Shown: positions 50,290-63,021, counted from the stretch's first letter. The stretch is DNA of 64,000 nt from Narcine bancroftii (GCF_036971445.1 NC_091471.1:277946001-278010000), one strand, 5' to 3'. Translations and numbers: made by a program. The notes: a model not told the origin generated them from the sequence alone.

Positions 50290-52870
50290 ACCGGGACCTT
50301 TTTTGGGGGTGGTGGGACCTGTACCGAACAGATGGGTTGCATCTGAATTCCAGAGGGACCATGATCCTGGGGGAGTATTTGCTAGGGCTAATAAGGGGGC
50401 TTTAAACTAGTATGGTTGGGGGGAAGGGGTCCATATAATGGAGAACAGTAAGGAGATGGTTTATCTCAAGTAGAGAAGGCTTGTAGACAAAGTTTGGGGG
50501 TGGAAAGACAGGTGATCAAGAAGAAAAAGGGTCAGTGCCGTGATGGAGGGGGGGAATGAGGGTAATAAGTAATAAGGCTGTCTGTAAAGATGGGGACAAG
50601 CAGAAGGTAAGATGTGGGAAATCTCTGAAATGCATTTACTTTAATGCTAGGAATATTATAATAAAGGTGGACGAGCTGAAGGTGTAGATACATTTGGTAG
50701 TGTGATGTGGTGGTGATTAGTGAGACGTGGTTGCAGGAGGGATGTGACTGGCAGCTAAATATTCCAAGATTTCGCTGGTTTAGGTATGATAGAATTGGAG
50801 GGGTGGGAGGGGGAGTGGCGTTGCTTGTGTTGGGGAATGAGAAAGGGCAAGTGACTGAGGTGTGTATTGGGGAGCACTTCGGATCTAATGATCATGGTAC
50901 CATTAGTTTCAATATAATTATGGAAAGGGATAGTTTTGGATCAAATATTTTGAGTGGGGAAAAGCCAGATTTGATGAAATGAGAAGGGATTTGCAAGGAA
51001 TGGTTTGGGCTGATTTGTTTTTTGGGAAGAAGGTAGAAGAAAATTGGAGGGCATTTAAAGGTGAGATTTTGAGGGTGCAGAATCTGTTAGGATAAAAGGC
51101 AGAGCCAAATGTTCTGGAGAGCTGTGGTTTTCAAGGGTGATTAGAAAGTTGGTTCGAAATAAAAGGGAGGCCTACATTAAACACAAGAAACAAAGTTTAG
51201 ACAAGATGATTAGAAAATACATGGATTGTAAAAAGAAAGAAATTAGGATAGTGAAAAGGTACAAGGTGGCTATTGTGAACAGGGTGAAAGTAAATCCAAA
51301 AGGTTTTTACAAATATGTAAAATTAGGTCCCTTAGAGAATCAGAGCAGACAAATGAGATGGGGAAGATATTGAATGAGTTCTTCTCTTCAGTATTCATTA
51401 GGGAAAAGGATATGGAATCGTGTAGGATAAGAGAAGCAAAAGGGGTGATTATGGAAAATATAGGGATTAGGAAAGAGGGAGTATTGGAACTTATGAGGCA
51501 TATAAAGGTGGATAAGTCTCTCGGTCCTGATGGGATTTTTCCCAGGACCTTGAGGGGAGGAAATAGCGGAGAATCTGACAGTGATTTTTCAACAGTCACT
51601 GGAGGAAGGTGTGGTGCCGCGAGATTGGAGTATCACAAACATGGTTCCTCTGTTTAAAAAGGGCTCCAGGTGTAGGCCCAGCAATTATAGGCCAATAAAC
51701 TTGACATCAGTGGTGGATAAACTATTAGAAAGTATTCTTAGAGATAATATGTATAAGTATCTAGAGAGGCAAGGCCAATAAATTTGACATCAGTGGTGGA
51801 TAAACTATTAGAAAGTATTCTTAGAGATAATATGTATAAGTATCTAGAGAGGCAAGGACTGATCAGGGACACTCAACAGGGGTTTGTGTGGGGAAGGTCA
51901 TGTTTGACAAATCTTATTTAATCTTATCTGGATTTCAGTAAGGACTTCGATAAGGTTCCACATGGAAGGCTGATAAGGAAGGTTCAGGTGCTAGGTATTA
52001 ATGTTGAGTTAGTCAGATGGTTCAACGGTGGCTAGAAGGTAGATGTTAGAGTCATGGTGGATATCTTTCTGTCAGGATGGAGTCAGGTGGTGAGTGGTGT
52101 GCCTCAGGGATCAGTGTTGGATCCCTTGTTGTTTGTCATTTACATTAATGATTTGAATGATGGAGTGGTAAATTGAATTAGTAAATATGCAGACGATACA
52201 AAAATAGGGGGAGTTGTGGATAGATAAGTTTCTTCAGGGACTGCAGAAGGATTTGGACTGCTTAGGTGAGATGAAAGATGGTCGATGGTATGCTGGTCTT
52301 TGTAAATCAAAACATAGAATATAAAAGCTGGGAGGTGATGTTGAGATTATTCAAGGCATTGGAATATTGTGTGCATTTATCGACCCCAAATTATAGAAAG
52401 GATATCAATAAAGTAGAGAGGGTGCAGAGAAGATTTACTACAATGTTGCCTGGATTGTAGTATCTAGAATACAGAGAAAGATTGAGTACACTGGGTCTTT
52501 TTTCATTGGAGCATAGAAGGTTGAGGGTGATTTGATAGAGGTATATAATTATGAGGGGGATAGAGTAGATGTGAATAGGCTCTTCCCCTTGATGGTAGGT
52601 GAGATTGGAACGAGAGGTCATAAGTTAAGGGTTAGGGGGCAAAAGATTAGAACATGAGATGATGCTTCTTCACTCAGAGAGGGGTTGCTGAGTGGAATGA
52701 CCTTCCAGAAGAAGAGGTGGTTGCAGCAGGGTCAGTTTTGTCATTTAAGAGAAGATTGGATGAGTTCTTGGATGTGAGGGGATTGGAGGGTTATGGACAG
52801 GGAGCAGGTAGGTGGGACTAGAGGAGATCACTTAAGTTTCTGTACTGTATTTGTTATATGATTATATGGA
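50290..52870 (+). mobile_element. CR1 LINE with ORF1 esterase remnant, endonuclease and RT (deleted/decayed)
   Basis: LYRTDGLHLNSRG (SGNH-type ORF1), CIYFNARNII, VISETWL, LFKKGSR..NYRPINLTSVV, GVPQGSVL and KYADDTK. Tail ttatatg repeats at ~52853-52869. Confidence 0.9.
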
Positions 52871-52919
52871 ATGCACTGCCTCAAAGTGGGTGGATAGAGG
52901 CTCATGTGACCTTCTAAAC

Positions 52920-53125
52920 ATTTTTTTTCAACCTCTCTATCTCCATCTCAGGAAACAAACTATGTACAGATATCTTCTTCTATAAACCAACCATCTCCAA
53001 GTTACCTCAACTACACTTCTTCCCTCTCTGTCTCCTGTAAGAATTCTACTCCTTTCTCTCAAATCCAGGATGATACCTTCCAATTCAGGACATCTGAGAT
53101 GTTCTCCTTCACCAGGACCATGAGG
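52920..53125 (+). mobile_element. Penelope-like element RT C-terminal remnant
   Basis: TDI..YKPT...YLNYTSS...SCKNSTPFSQ, resembling the PLE YKPT/YLxxxSxHP motif (frameshifted). Confidence 0.65.
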
Positions 53126-54099
53126 TACTCCTTTTGTTTAACTGGATAAATATTTTTTTTTTATAATTGCATTAAGAATAAAAAAGCAGGACATGTCCCT
53201 CAAGTTCCCTCACAATAATAAAGAAAATGTAGACTCAACAGGGCAAAGGACAGTTACACCACTTAATAACGACCTCTAAATGGAGAACTATGATTTTGAA
53301 CAACATTGAAGCATTAATAACAAAGATCCATAAACTGGACCGTAAAAAGTAATTGTTCGTTTCTTCTGGAATAAGCGTACTGTTTAATACTCCTCACTAC
53401 ATGGAGGATGTCAGAATTCTTCAAAGAAAGTTGGTCCTAAAATTTTATCAAGTGACTGATGAGATGCAAGAAAAGAATAACAAGCAGAGATTTACTCTCT
53501 GGAATCAAGCAACTTTGAAATAAATTCTATCAAATTATACTGCATAATACAGATTGATCAGGAAATGAGAGGGCCACAACCTCAGGACAACACATAAAGG
53601 CATTAGAAAACCCCTCTGTGATTAGAGTTATCAGAGTGGGTGATGATCATTGCCTTAGCTAATTATAATATTCAAATGGATACAAAATGTAATAGATAAG
53701 GGCAGGAAGCAGGCATTTCAGTGCTGGCAGATCCAAATTCACTGAGAACAGCAAAATGACTCACATTTCTAGGGTTCGTGCTTTTTTTAGTCCTGGGTAA
53801 TTATTATGGATAATTCTACAGTGGATGCTACATTCATTGTAGAGCCACTTTAAACCAGACACTTGTTGAGTGGGAATGCAGAGATGGGAGTATATACCAC
53901 TGAGAACCTCCCACTAACCAAATTACTTGTCCAGCCCTCTGTAATTGAAAGCATTCACTTTCTCATAAGGTGAAAGGTGGCCACCTATTAGGGATGATCT
54001 GCTTCCCTCTCCCCAACCCAATGAAAGCAAGACAACAACTGCATGGGTGATGTGGCTACTTTCTTCTCACATCCTTCCACTATGGACACACAGCAGACA

Positions 54100-54300
54100 A
54101 GGCAGAAGCACTGGGGAGAGAGTTGGAAACACAGCTGAAGCAGGTTCAAATCTGTTTGTAAGGAGTTTGTACGGTCTCTCCATGTCTGCATAGGTTTCTT
54201 CCAGATGCTCTGGTTTTCTCCTGTAGTGGGGTATTTGGGTAGCACAGGCTCATGGATTGGAATGGCTTTATTACTGTGCTGCACGTCTAATTTTTTTTTA
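54100..54300 (+). mobile_element. HE1/V-SINE-type SINE
   Basis: ggttcaaat...gtaaggagtttgtacggtctctccatgtctgcataggtttc, with a T-rich tail. Confidence 0.7.
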
Positions 54301-54569
54301 AATTAAAGTCAATTGAGGATACCAATTTCCTTAAATTATTGAAATAGGGTCAAATCTTTTCTCTTGTATTTCAAGATGTCTCCGTGAGTCCAGTTCCAGC
54401 CCAACTGTTGGCTTCACATACCCCACCCACACTCCATATCAATGAGTAAACAGCTGCACCTCCAGCCGTACGCCATCCCCACCCACTTCACAGCATTCAG
54501 CACACTATCTGCAACTGTTTTCTCTCACTAGATTCTCCGTCCAAGACTGCAATCTCCCGTGCCTGCCCT

Positions 54570-55160
54570 ATTAGAACTCAGCGTAGCCATACCGCACAGA
54601 AACAAAGTCCTTCAACCCACAACATCCTTCCCGGCCTTCCAAACTAATCCCATGCCCGCAGTTAGGACATATCCTACATTGCCTGGCCTATTTAAGTATC
54701 AGTCTAAATGCCTTTTAAATGTTGTCATTGCATCTGATTCAACCATCTCCTCTGGCAGTACATTCCAGTTATCAACCACTGAGTAAAAGAAATTTACCCC
54801 TCAAATATCCTTTAAAACCCTTTCACCGTAAACCTACATCCTCTTATTTTTGATGCTCCTCCCATTAAAAAATGATTTAGATGACCTACCCCCATCTGTG
54901 CCTCTTATTAATTTTATAAACCCCTATCAGGTCTCTCCTCAGCTTCCTTTACTTCAGGGAAAATCCAACTTCTGCCTGTAATTAATATCCCACAATGCTG
55001 ACAATATCCTGGTGAACCTCCTCGGTGTACTCTCTCCAGAGTCACTAGTTTTCGATGGGGTGGTGACCAGAACTATGTTTTAACCAGCGTTTATTATACT
55101 GTAGTTGCGGCATCCTAACCCTTACATTCTGAGCCCTGACCTAGAAAGGCAAGTATCCTC
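54570..55160 (-). mobile_element. Decayed CR1 3' fragment
   Basis: The plus strand shows atcctggtgaacctcctc and ggtgaccagaact, the reverse complement of CR1 RRFTR/QFWSP. Confidence 0.6.
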
Positions 55161-55969
55161 CTTCTGCTGGCCGTTAGCACCCAACACTCCATCTCATTCC
55201 CTGTTCCGTATCTTTCAGCTCACCGACCTTGGTCCAAGAGATAGCAAGTTTGGAGAAACAGGAAGACAGAGACTTAATGAGAATATTCGAGAAACTGATG
55301 TGGAACAAGGGGATGCACAGGCATGGAGGGTCAAGACCAAGAGGCAGTTTAAACCCTAGGATGAGAGTTTTAAAGATGTGAGGACAGGCTGGTTGATGGA
55401 CAAGACACTACAAGACAGAGACAGCAAAGTCTTGGTCAATCCAGTGTTCAGTGTTCGGGTAGGGTGAAGCTGGACAAAGGTCTCATGTCAAAGGCATGGA
55501 TGAGGGTGAATACTACAGATGTAGAGCTTCGGAAAGAAACAGTGATGCCAGAGGCGGAGTTGCCGAAGACAGGAGCCGCATTGTCAGGCTGAAGCTGTGA
55601 TGGCAGAGGTGGAAGCAGCAGATATTGGGCTGGAAGCTCATCTTGAGCTTTCAAACTAAGGGCTTCAGCCAAAGACAAGAAAAAGGGAAGGATATGTTCT
55701 AGTGCAGAATTTGTACTAGAACCAAAAGGTGTCAATTCTGGCTTCCAAAGCTTATCTTAAAGGAATTTGCCTCATCAAGTCTGGACTTTGGACAGTGTGA
55801 GGAGTAGAGACGTTCATTTTCTTCACAGGTAACTGGAGCAGTGGCCAACATTGACCAGTAGCCCAGCTAAGGCTAGAAAAGAGCTCCCATGGAATATTAG
55901 CTTCACAATACTTGTGAATTGTCCTTCATCATCCTAGCACCCAAGAGGGCAACAATAACAAGCCTCAAT

Positions 55970-56882
55970 AGGGTCTTTTCACACCACCATGTAAAATGGG
56001 GATTCCCTGGAAATTTTCCGTGGGGCCCTCCCATGAACCAGTGGTGTGAAAATGTCGGCCCGGGAAAATTACTTGGGTCCATGCCCACCCTCTTCCTGCA
56101 GTCTGAATCGACAAATGGCCGAGCAGGCAAAGCGTGGTGATGTCAGCACTTGCGTGTCTGCGTCACTGTGTCATTTAAACTTGTCAACTTCAATGTGCCT
56201 TCAATAAAATCAGTTCATTCTGCTATTTCTTCTTGCATTTCTTATGACCGGTACATTCAAATTCCAAAATGTAAAATTTCACAAAACAGTTTCCAAGCCT
56301 AATATAACAAAAGCTCAACTGTACTGACACTTGTTACCTTAAATTATAAAGTTCTGACTTAAGCAGCAATAATTTGTGTTCTTATGCTTTTAAAGAATTT
56401 TGGTCACCTTGTCACACTTGCCCAATATTTAAGATTGTGCGCTGTGTAAGAAGCAGTTCATCGTCATTCACTTTGCTGTCCTTCAAGAAGAGCTTACTCA
56501 GTGGGTTGCACAAGAGCTTTCAGACTGTCAGTGCCTATTTTCTATTTAAATAGCTGTGTACCCTTCTCTTGGTCTTAACCAAATTGTTAATTGATGTGTC
56601 TGTGTACACATGTATGTATATAAAACATAGATAGACACATATATATCCACATACATATATGTGTGTGTGTATCTATCTATCTATCCATCTCTTCTGACTT
56701 CTGGTAGGACTTCTTGTGAATGCTTAATGGGTCACTCACTACGTTATTGCTGGGGGAGGGACCCTCCCTAAATTTCCAGGGAATTTAGACTGCGATGCAA
56801 AAGGCCTGGGAGCTCCTGACTTCCCGGGAATTTCACCTTGGTCCAAGGAAGGTCACCGCTCACCCGCCGTGCAAAAAGGCCT
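55970..56882. mobile_element. PIF/Harbinger-like non-autonomous DNA element inserted in a Rex1 RT
   Basis: Imperfect TIRs AGGGTCTTTTCACAC / GTGCAAAAAGGCCT with subterminal repeats of the motif. 3-bp TSD AAT (55967-69, 56883-85). Removing it restores host IILAPKRATITSLN-DYYPVAL. Confidence 0.75.
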
Positions 56883-58126
56883 AATGACTATTACCCTGTG
56901 GCACTGGCCTCCATCATTATGAAATGCTTCAAGCATCTAGAATGCATCAAAGCACACCTCCCAGAGAAGCTGGATCCATTTCAATTTGCCTATAGAAGAA
57001 ACTGTTCCACTAACGATGCTATAGCCTTGTCACTTACTCTGACCTGGCCCAGTTCATTGATTTAAGCCCAGTAGTTAATACAAGCATTCCCCAGAGGCTG
57101 GTGGAGAAGTGGTCCTCACTGGAATCAACATCCCTCTCTGTAATTGGATCCTGAACTTCCTAACAGGAAGGCCACAGCCTGTATGGGTCTGTGGCAGAAT
57201 ATCGAACACCATCCCACTGGCGCATCTCAGGGATGGGTACTCAGACCACTCCTGTTCACACGACTGCGTCGCCAGATCCAGCTTCAACAGTGTCATCAAG
57301 TTTGCAGATGACAACAATCGTTGGCCTCATCAGCAACAACAATGAGTCACACTACAGAGTCGAGGTGAAAAATCTTGTGAAGTGGTGCAAGAGTACAACC
57401 CAAGTCTCAACGTGGACAAGATGAAGAGGATCATAGACTTCAGGAGGACCAGGAATGACCACCCTCTATCAACAATTCTGTAGTAGAGTGTGGAGAGCAC
57501 CAAGCTCCTTGGAGTTCACTTAACTAGTGACTATCGTGGACACTCAACATCTCCTCACTTGTCAGGAAGGCGCAAAAGTTACTGCACTTCCTGAGAAGAA
57601 AAACAGGCAAGGTTACCATGTCATGTCAACCATCACATCAACCTTCCATAGGAGCTCTATCAAGAGTGTCCTGGCCAGCTGCATCACAATGCCGTACGGT
57701 TGTTGCAGAGAAATGAATCGGAGATCAATCCACAGGACCATAAGAGGATGACATAGAGAATCACTGGGGTCTCCCTTCCCCTCCACCAACATGATCTACC
57801 AGGATCGTTGTATGAAGAGGGTGTGCAAAATCACTGAGGACTCCTTCCACCCTGCACACAGCATCTTTCAGCTTCTCCTGTCAGGGAAGAGTTCCAGGAG
57901 TATCAGAACCAGCACCAGGCTGAGGAACAGCTTCTTCCCACAGATAGTGAGAACGCTGACCGACCAAAGGAAAGGCTCGACTGACCCTCCATGTACAAAT
58001 TCAACACGATGCACTGTTTGTCTCTGTATTGTGCGTGTTCTCTGGTTGCGTCTGTGTGTTTTGCACCGAGAACGCTGTTTCGTCGGGTTGTACTTGGACA
58101 ATCACATGTCAATAAACCGGACTTGA
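56883..58126 (+). mobile_element. Rex1/Babar LINE (RT to 3' end; 5' piece at ~55920-55969)
   Basis: NDYYPVALASIIMKCF, LDPFQFAYR, LCNWILNFLTGRPQ, KFADD and RLRNSFFP. Confidence 0.9.
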
Positions 58127-59339
58127 CGAACAGAAAACTATGTTGAAGTGTGCAAGGCTCCAGGACCACCCATGAAGAGCCAGCGTTTGAGGAGGTGCAG
58201 TCACCTGCAGAACCGCAGCCCAGCAAGAATGACCACTTTAAAGAAATGGAAAGAAAGGGAGGGGAAAAAACTGCAGTGGTTTCGAATTACCAAACAACAG
58301 TGTTACTGAGAGCTTCATGGTGGAAACTGAAACGCTTTCAACTAAATCCGCACAGGGATTCCGACTGAGAACCGAGACAAGCAGGCATAAATAAATCCTT
58401 GATTTAAAATTAAACAAACATTCTTTTAACAAAGCTACCCGAGACTGAGAAGGCAGAGGTCACACTGGAGTGTTGCTTTCTTGGCGGGTGTAGCTGCAAT
58501 TTATAATTTACCTAATGTGAACAAAAATGTCCTAATGGGATAAGTTGACACATTTGGTTTTAATGCCCGGAATGTGTTTTTTTAATATTTATTGCAAGTA
58601 TGTTTTTGCCTTGCGATACATCTGGTATTCCGTAAAAACCGGGCATTCACATTGAACCAACACATGGCCACATCCTCAGCAAATCTTAAATGGCAGAGAG
58701 GATCACTGAAAATTTGCAAGTGCAGCGATTTCCTGGGATAATTGGGGCAATGGACCCTCAAAATGACTACACTCGAATTCTAAAAGGCATGCTGCTTTTG
58801 GGTTGTCGCAGAAACTGTGTCTGCATCATTCAATTCAACCAATAATTGGTGTTTTCTTTTGAAATCGCCGCATGTTGCAAAGACGAAACATAAAGAATAA
58901 AAACAAGAGATGTCAGAAATGTCCAGGAACGAACCGGAAACCTGAATGTGCCTCTCATTAACGCGCGTTTCCGAAATTAAACTAGACGACTGTTAGGGAC
59001 GGGTTTTAACAACAAGTATTTGCCTGAGTGAACTTTTTTTCAAATATATACACATGGTTAGAAAGCGAATAAAATGCCTGGGCAGCACTCTACACAGGTT
59101 GAGCTCACTGCACCGCAAATAAGCGCAGGCTTGTCCTTCATGTAAATCAACACAAGCCCGGGATCTAATTACATAGATTATTCATCTCCCTTTAAAGAGC
59201 AATTCCCACAATAAACGACACGAGGATATAAACACTGCATTCGAGAAATTACAGGTCTCGGGAGACAGTTCACCTAACTTTTCGCTGCCATGGATGGGAT
59301 GGGGAATCCAACTTTGTATGGGACCTTGGTGGCTGGCTG

Positions 59340-60290
59340 GTCACATCTCTTACTGCACCATGCGGTTCCCCGGTACTACCGGCCGGGCAGTAAAGGGGGA
59401 GGGGGGTGGATGACAGAAACTCTCCCCAGAGGTAACAACTCCCCCCCCCCCCTTCTCTGCACACCACCGGAGGGTGAAGGGTTCATTCCCCGGGGGCCTG
59501 TGCACAAGCCCCCTTCCAGACGGTGGGCGCCCTGCGCTGGAGCTGCGTGAGCGGGGACCGGGTTGGGGGTGAGAAAGAGGCACAGCCCAGTCCGGCCGCT
59601 GCTCACCTGGTTCAAGTCCTGGTCGGAGGTGAGATGCGCCTCCCGGGCTTTGAAGCAGTTCTGACACTTGCTCTGATTGAAGACGTTGGCCTGGAATTTG
59701 CGACAGGCCGCCGTTTCCTTGGCGGACATGGTCCCGGAGAGGGGTGGCCAGGCGAGCCCGGGCTCGGCGAACTCCCATGGAGAGCGGGCGGACCCAGCGA
59801 AGCTGCCGGAGGCGGGACTCCCTCCGCTAACCGGCGGTGACCCCGCTGCAGGCCGCCGTCCGGCCGCCGAGCCGCATTCCCAGCCGGGGGGGTGGGGGGA
59901 AAGCTGCCCGGGGGATGAGGTGGGGGGGGGGCGTCTGCCTGGGGTCCTGGCCCCGCGCACTCAACGCAGGAGCCAAGCAGCAGCCCCGCCACACAACGCC
60001 TGCGCGTTGCCAGCACACGTCCGCCCGAGGCACGGAGCACGGGACAAGACGGCGGCAACAGGCGGACCCGAACTCGGCCGGCACGGAGCGAGCTCCCACC
60101 AAGACCATGCGTGGCCAGCGCATGAGCCAAGACAGGGCACGGAGTCAGCCGGAGTGCGGAACGGACTGCCTACGAGCCGAGGCAGGGGCTCCTCAGCATC
60201 CGGTTCCCCCATTCAGGGCAGGCAGCCGCAAACTGCCCAGCACCTGAGATGCCCCCGTTGCAGCCCCATCTCCTGCCAGACCAAGACCTG
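59340..60290 (-). promoter_or_regulatory. CpG island / probable promoter and 5' UTR of the MPRIP-family gene
   Basis: Abrupt GC- and CpG-rich block in otherwise CpG-depleted DNA. It spans the start codon and first donor and contains GC-box-like GGGCGG motifs. The TSS cannot be located from sequence. Confidence 0.85.
59607..59729 (-). CDS. MPRIP: MPRIP-family (myosin phosphatase Rho-interacting protein / outspread-like) coding exon 1
   Basis: Translates MSAKETAACRKFQANVFNQSKCQNCFKAREAHLTSDQDLNQ, which matches the MPRIP N-terminus (CRKFQANxFNxSKCQNCFK). ATG context is gggaccATG, length is 123 nt, and it ends at a CAG|GTGAGC donor inside a CpG island. Orthologue versus paralogue is not resolved. 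Confidence 0.93.
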
Positions 60291-60425
60291 TCTTAAGAAG
60301 AACGAGGAGATTTGGCATTGACCTGATAATGACCTTTGTATCCAGCAAGAACCTTTCCAAACTTGTGCAAATTCACATTCCTGACTGCATCCGTTTCCCT
60401 CAGAATGAAGAGCAACAGAAAATGT

Positions 60426-60949
60426 AACATCCCACCCCTCCACTCTCCTTCCAAGCAGAACTGAACAATCTCAAACAAAACATCAATATCAAGGAACCAG
60501 CCCCACCACCAAATCAACATCCCACCCCTCCACTCTCCTTCCAAGCAGAACTCCTGAACAATCTCAAACAAAACATCAATATCAAGGAACCAGCCCCACC
60601 ACCAAATCAACATCCCACCCCTCCACTCTCCTTCCAAGCAGAACTCCTGAACAATCTCAAACAAAACATCAATATCAAGGAACCAGCCCCACCACCAAAT
60701 CAACATCCCACCCCTCCACTCTCCTTCTAAGCAGAACTCCTGAACAATCTCAAACAAAACATCAATATCAAGGAACCAGCCCCACCACCAAATCAACATC
60801 CCACCCCTCCACTCTCCTTCCAAGCAGAACTCCTGAACAATCTCAAACAAAACATCAATATCAAGGAACCAGCCCCACCACCAAATCAACATCCCACCCC
60901 TCCACTCTCCTTCCAAGCAGAACTCCTGAACAATCTCAAACAAAACATC
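60426..60949. repeat. 93-bp tandem repeat (minisatellite/VNTR), about 5.7 copies
   Basis: Units start at 60426, 60516, 60609, 60702, 60795 and 60888. The first unit lacks 3 nt, and unit 4 has one substitution (ttctaagc vs ttccaagc). Confidence 0.97.
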
Positions 60950-63021
60950 CCATCCAACCCCCTTGGACTCCTTTTGAAAAACTGTAGAAAACGCAAATTA
61001 TATACTTTAAGAACTAAATAACGTTAACATTTGTAAGTCAACTCAGGGCAAGTTTGTTTTCAAATGAAGAAAAGTCAAATTGTTCATTTTTAAAAACTAA
61101 CCCCCCACCCCCCACTAAATACAAAAATTACTGATTGGGGTAACAGCAGATGAATGATTAATATATATGAACCCCTTCACAGTTTAAGACGGATTACATT
61201 TTTTCAGAATGCCAAGCAAAGGAATGTTACCTGGGCGCATTTGATCCTATTGCAAACAATAATTTCTTGCCTTGATACTGTTTGTTCAAATGCCAGTACA
61301 AACTATCTGATTCTTACAGACTGATTACAATCACAAATTTACAGATCAAACTCAAATTTGTCCTAACTTTACAAATTTCAAAAATATACCTCGTTGAAAC
61401 TGAAATATGAAAACTCATAAGGAAAGTTCTTTTTTAGGAGAAATGAAATGGAAGGGGCACATACAAGCATGAATAAGTAAAAATTACAAATGTGTGTAGA
61501 TTAACATGTTAAAGATCTTCAAACTATTGAGAAAGATTGATACATTTTATAAAATTCTGGATAAGCTGTGATCAACCTTGCAGGAGAATCTTGGACTTGA
61601 GTCATCTTGCCGATCCTTCTGTGAGCACTTGGGTCCAGGCTAATTATCCCCAGAATGAATCCAGATTCTGCATTCAGGGATAACTGGAAAGTTATTCCAG
61701 ATATTGCACAACCTCAACCTAGTTTTCACCCACTTGTATACCTTACTCTTTCTCATGCAATTGAAGCTTAAACTGAATCAGATTAGGCAGCTCTATCCTG
61801 AACAGTTTTATTAATGACCAATATCTTTGCAGCTGAGAATTTCAGACCTTGAACAGCAATTGGTGTCAACACAGTGGCTCCATGCTAATGAACTTGCATG
61901 GTTAGCACATTTCAGGAGATGGACATCAGGGGTTGATACAAATGATTAGACCTGTGCTAATATTCCTCAATTTACAATTTTCTGCTGGAACATTGTTGAC
62001 TATTTATATCTATCCTGAATTTGGAAACCCACAAGTTGGCTACAGTGACTACCATGCCACTTTCTGCCCGCCACACAATCTACTAAAATCCCTGTGGTGC
62101 ATTCCATTCAGCCTTTTCAGCATGCAAAATATTGCTCGACAAATCTTTTCCCTGCAGTCATTTCATAAATTGAGCATGACTGTGCCTGATGGAATCCCCT
62201 GGTCAGATCTGATGCCAGCTAAACCTCCCTGTGACAACAAACAATTCTATTTTTTCAGGTTGATTCCCTGACATCACTGAGGAGCTGCATAATATCCTGA
62301 GGGACAGGTCTCAGTGCACATTTCATATCAATGAGAAGGCAGAAAGAGGGATAAAGTCCATTAGGCAGGTTATAGGGAACTGGGGAAGGGTTAATGAATC
62401 CCTTAGGTGAGTGGCCAAGTATACATCAGGAAGTACAGCATTCACAGTGTGGACTGTGGTAAATGCAGGATCTAGTGATATTTTGGAGCTGTTGACAGAA
62501 ATAGATTATTATGCAACTATTTTAAAGCAGGAAAGTGATCGATTACAGCTTCAGTATGTGAGAATTGATGGAAAATATTGACATCTTTGGCAACCACATC
62601 TTCAGTCAGTGTCAGCTCAGTTGATAACCTAGAGATCAAAGTTTTAACTTGGCAATGCATCAAGAAAGGGAAGGTAACATGAACACTTTGATGCAGAAGC
62701 ATTCCTTGCCCCTTAGATTAGTACCATTAGTACTATCAACCTCCAAGAACAAGCAGGTGTGTCTGCGTGAGTCGATGGAGGGATCAGAAGGTATTGTGGG
62801 AGCCTCAGCCTTGCACTTGCCCAATGAGTATGTTGTAGTAGCCTGCATAGATTAGAGTAAAGACTGCATACCTGATGAGCACAGTGCCACGGAGGGTTAT
62901 TCTGACTGGAAGAATGGAGGGAAATGTAATGGTAACAGAAAGAGTGAGTGCTGAAGGTATGAATGCCTACCTTGTGTCGGGGTGAAGGATACTGCCTTGG
63001 GAAGGACATGGATCATATGAA

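Noticed and set aside
59270-60443. Multiple overlapping long ORFs on both strands, including a GTG-initiated in-frame extension from 59960
   Set aside because: Expected from stop-codon scarcity in a CpG island. Only the 41 codons from ATG 59729 match a known protein.
60293-60943. 216-aa Trp-rich repetitive ORF as a protein-coding gene
   Set aside because: It is the translation of a near-identical 93-bp DNA tandem array, starts at a non-ATG codon and resembles no known protein. Kept only as a VNTR finding.
60426-60949. CRISPR-like array
   Set aside because: Units are identical end to end with no unique spacers, there are no cas genes, and the context is eukaryotic.
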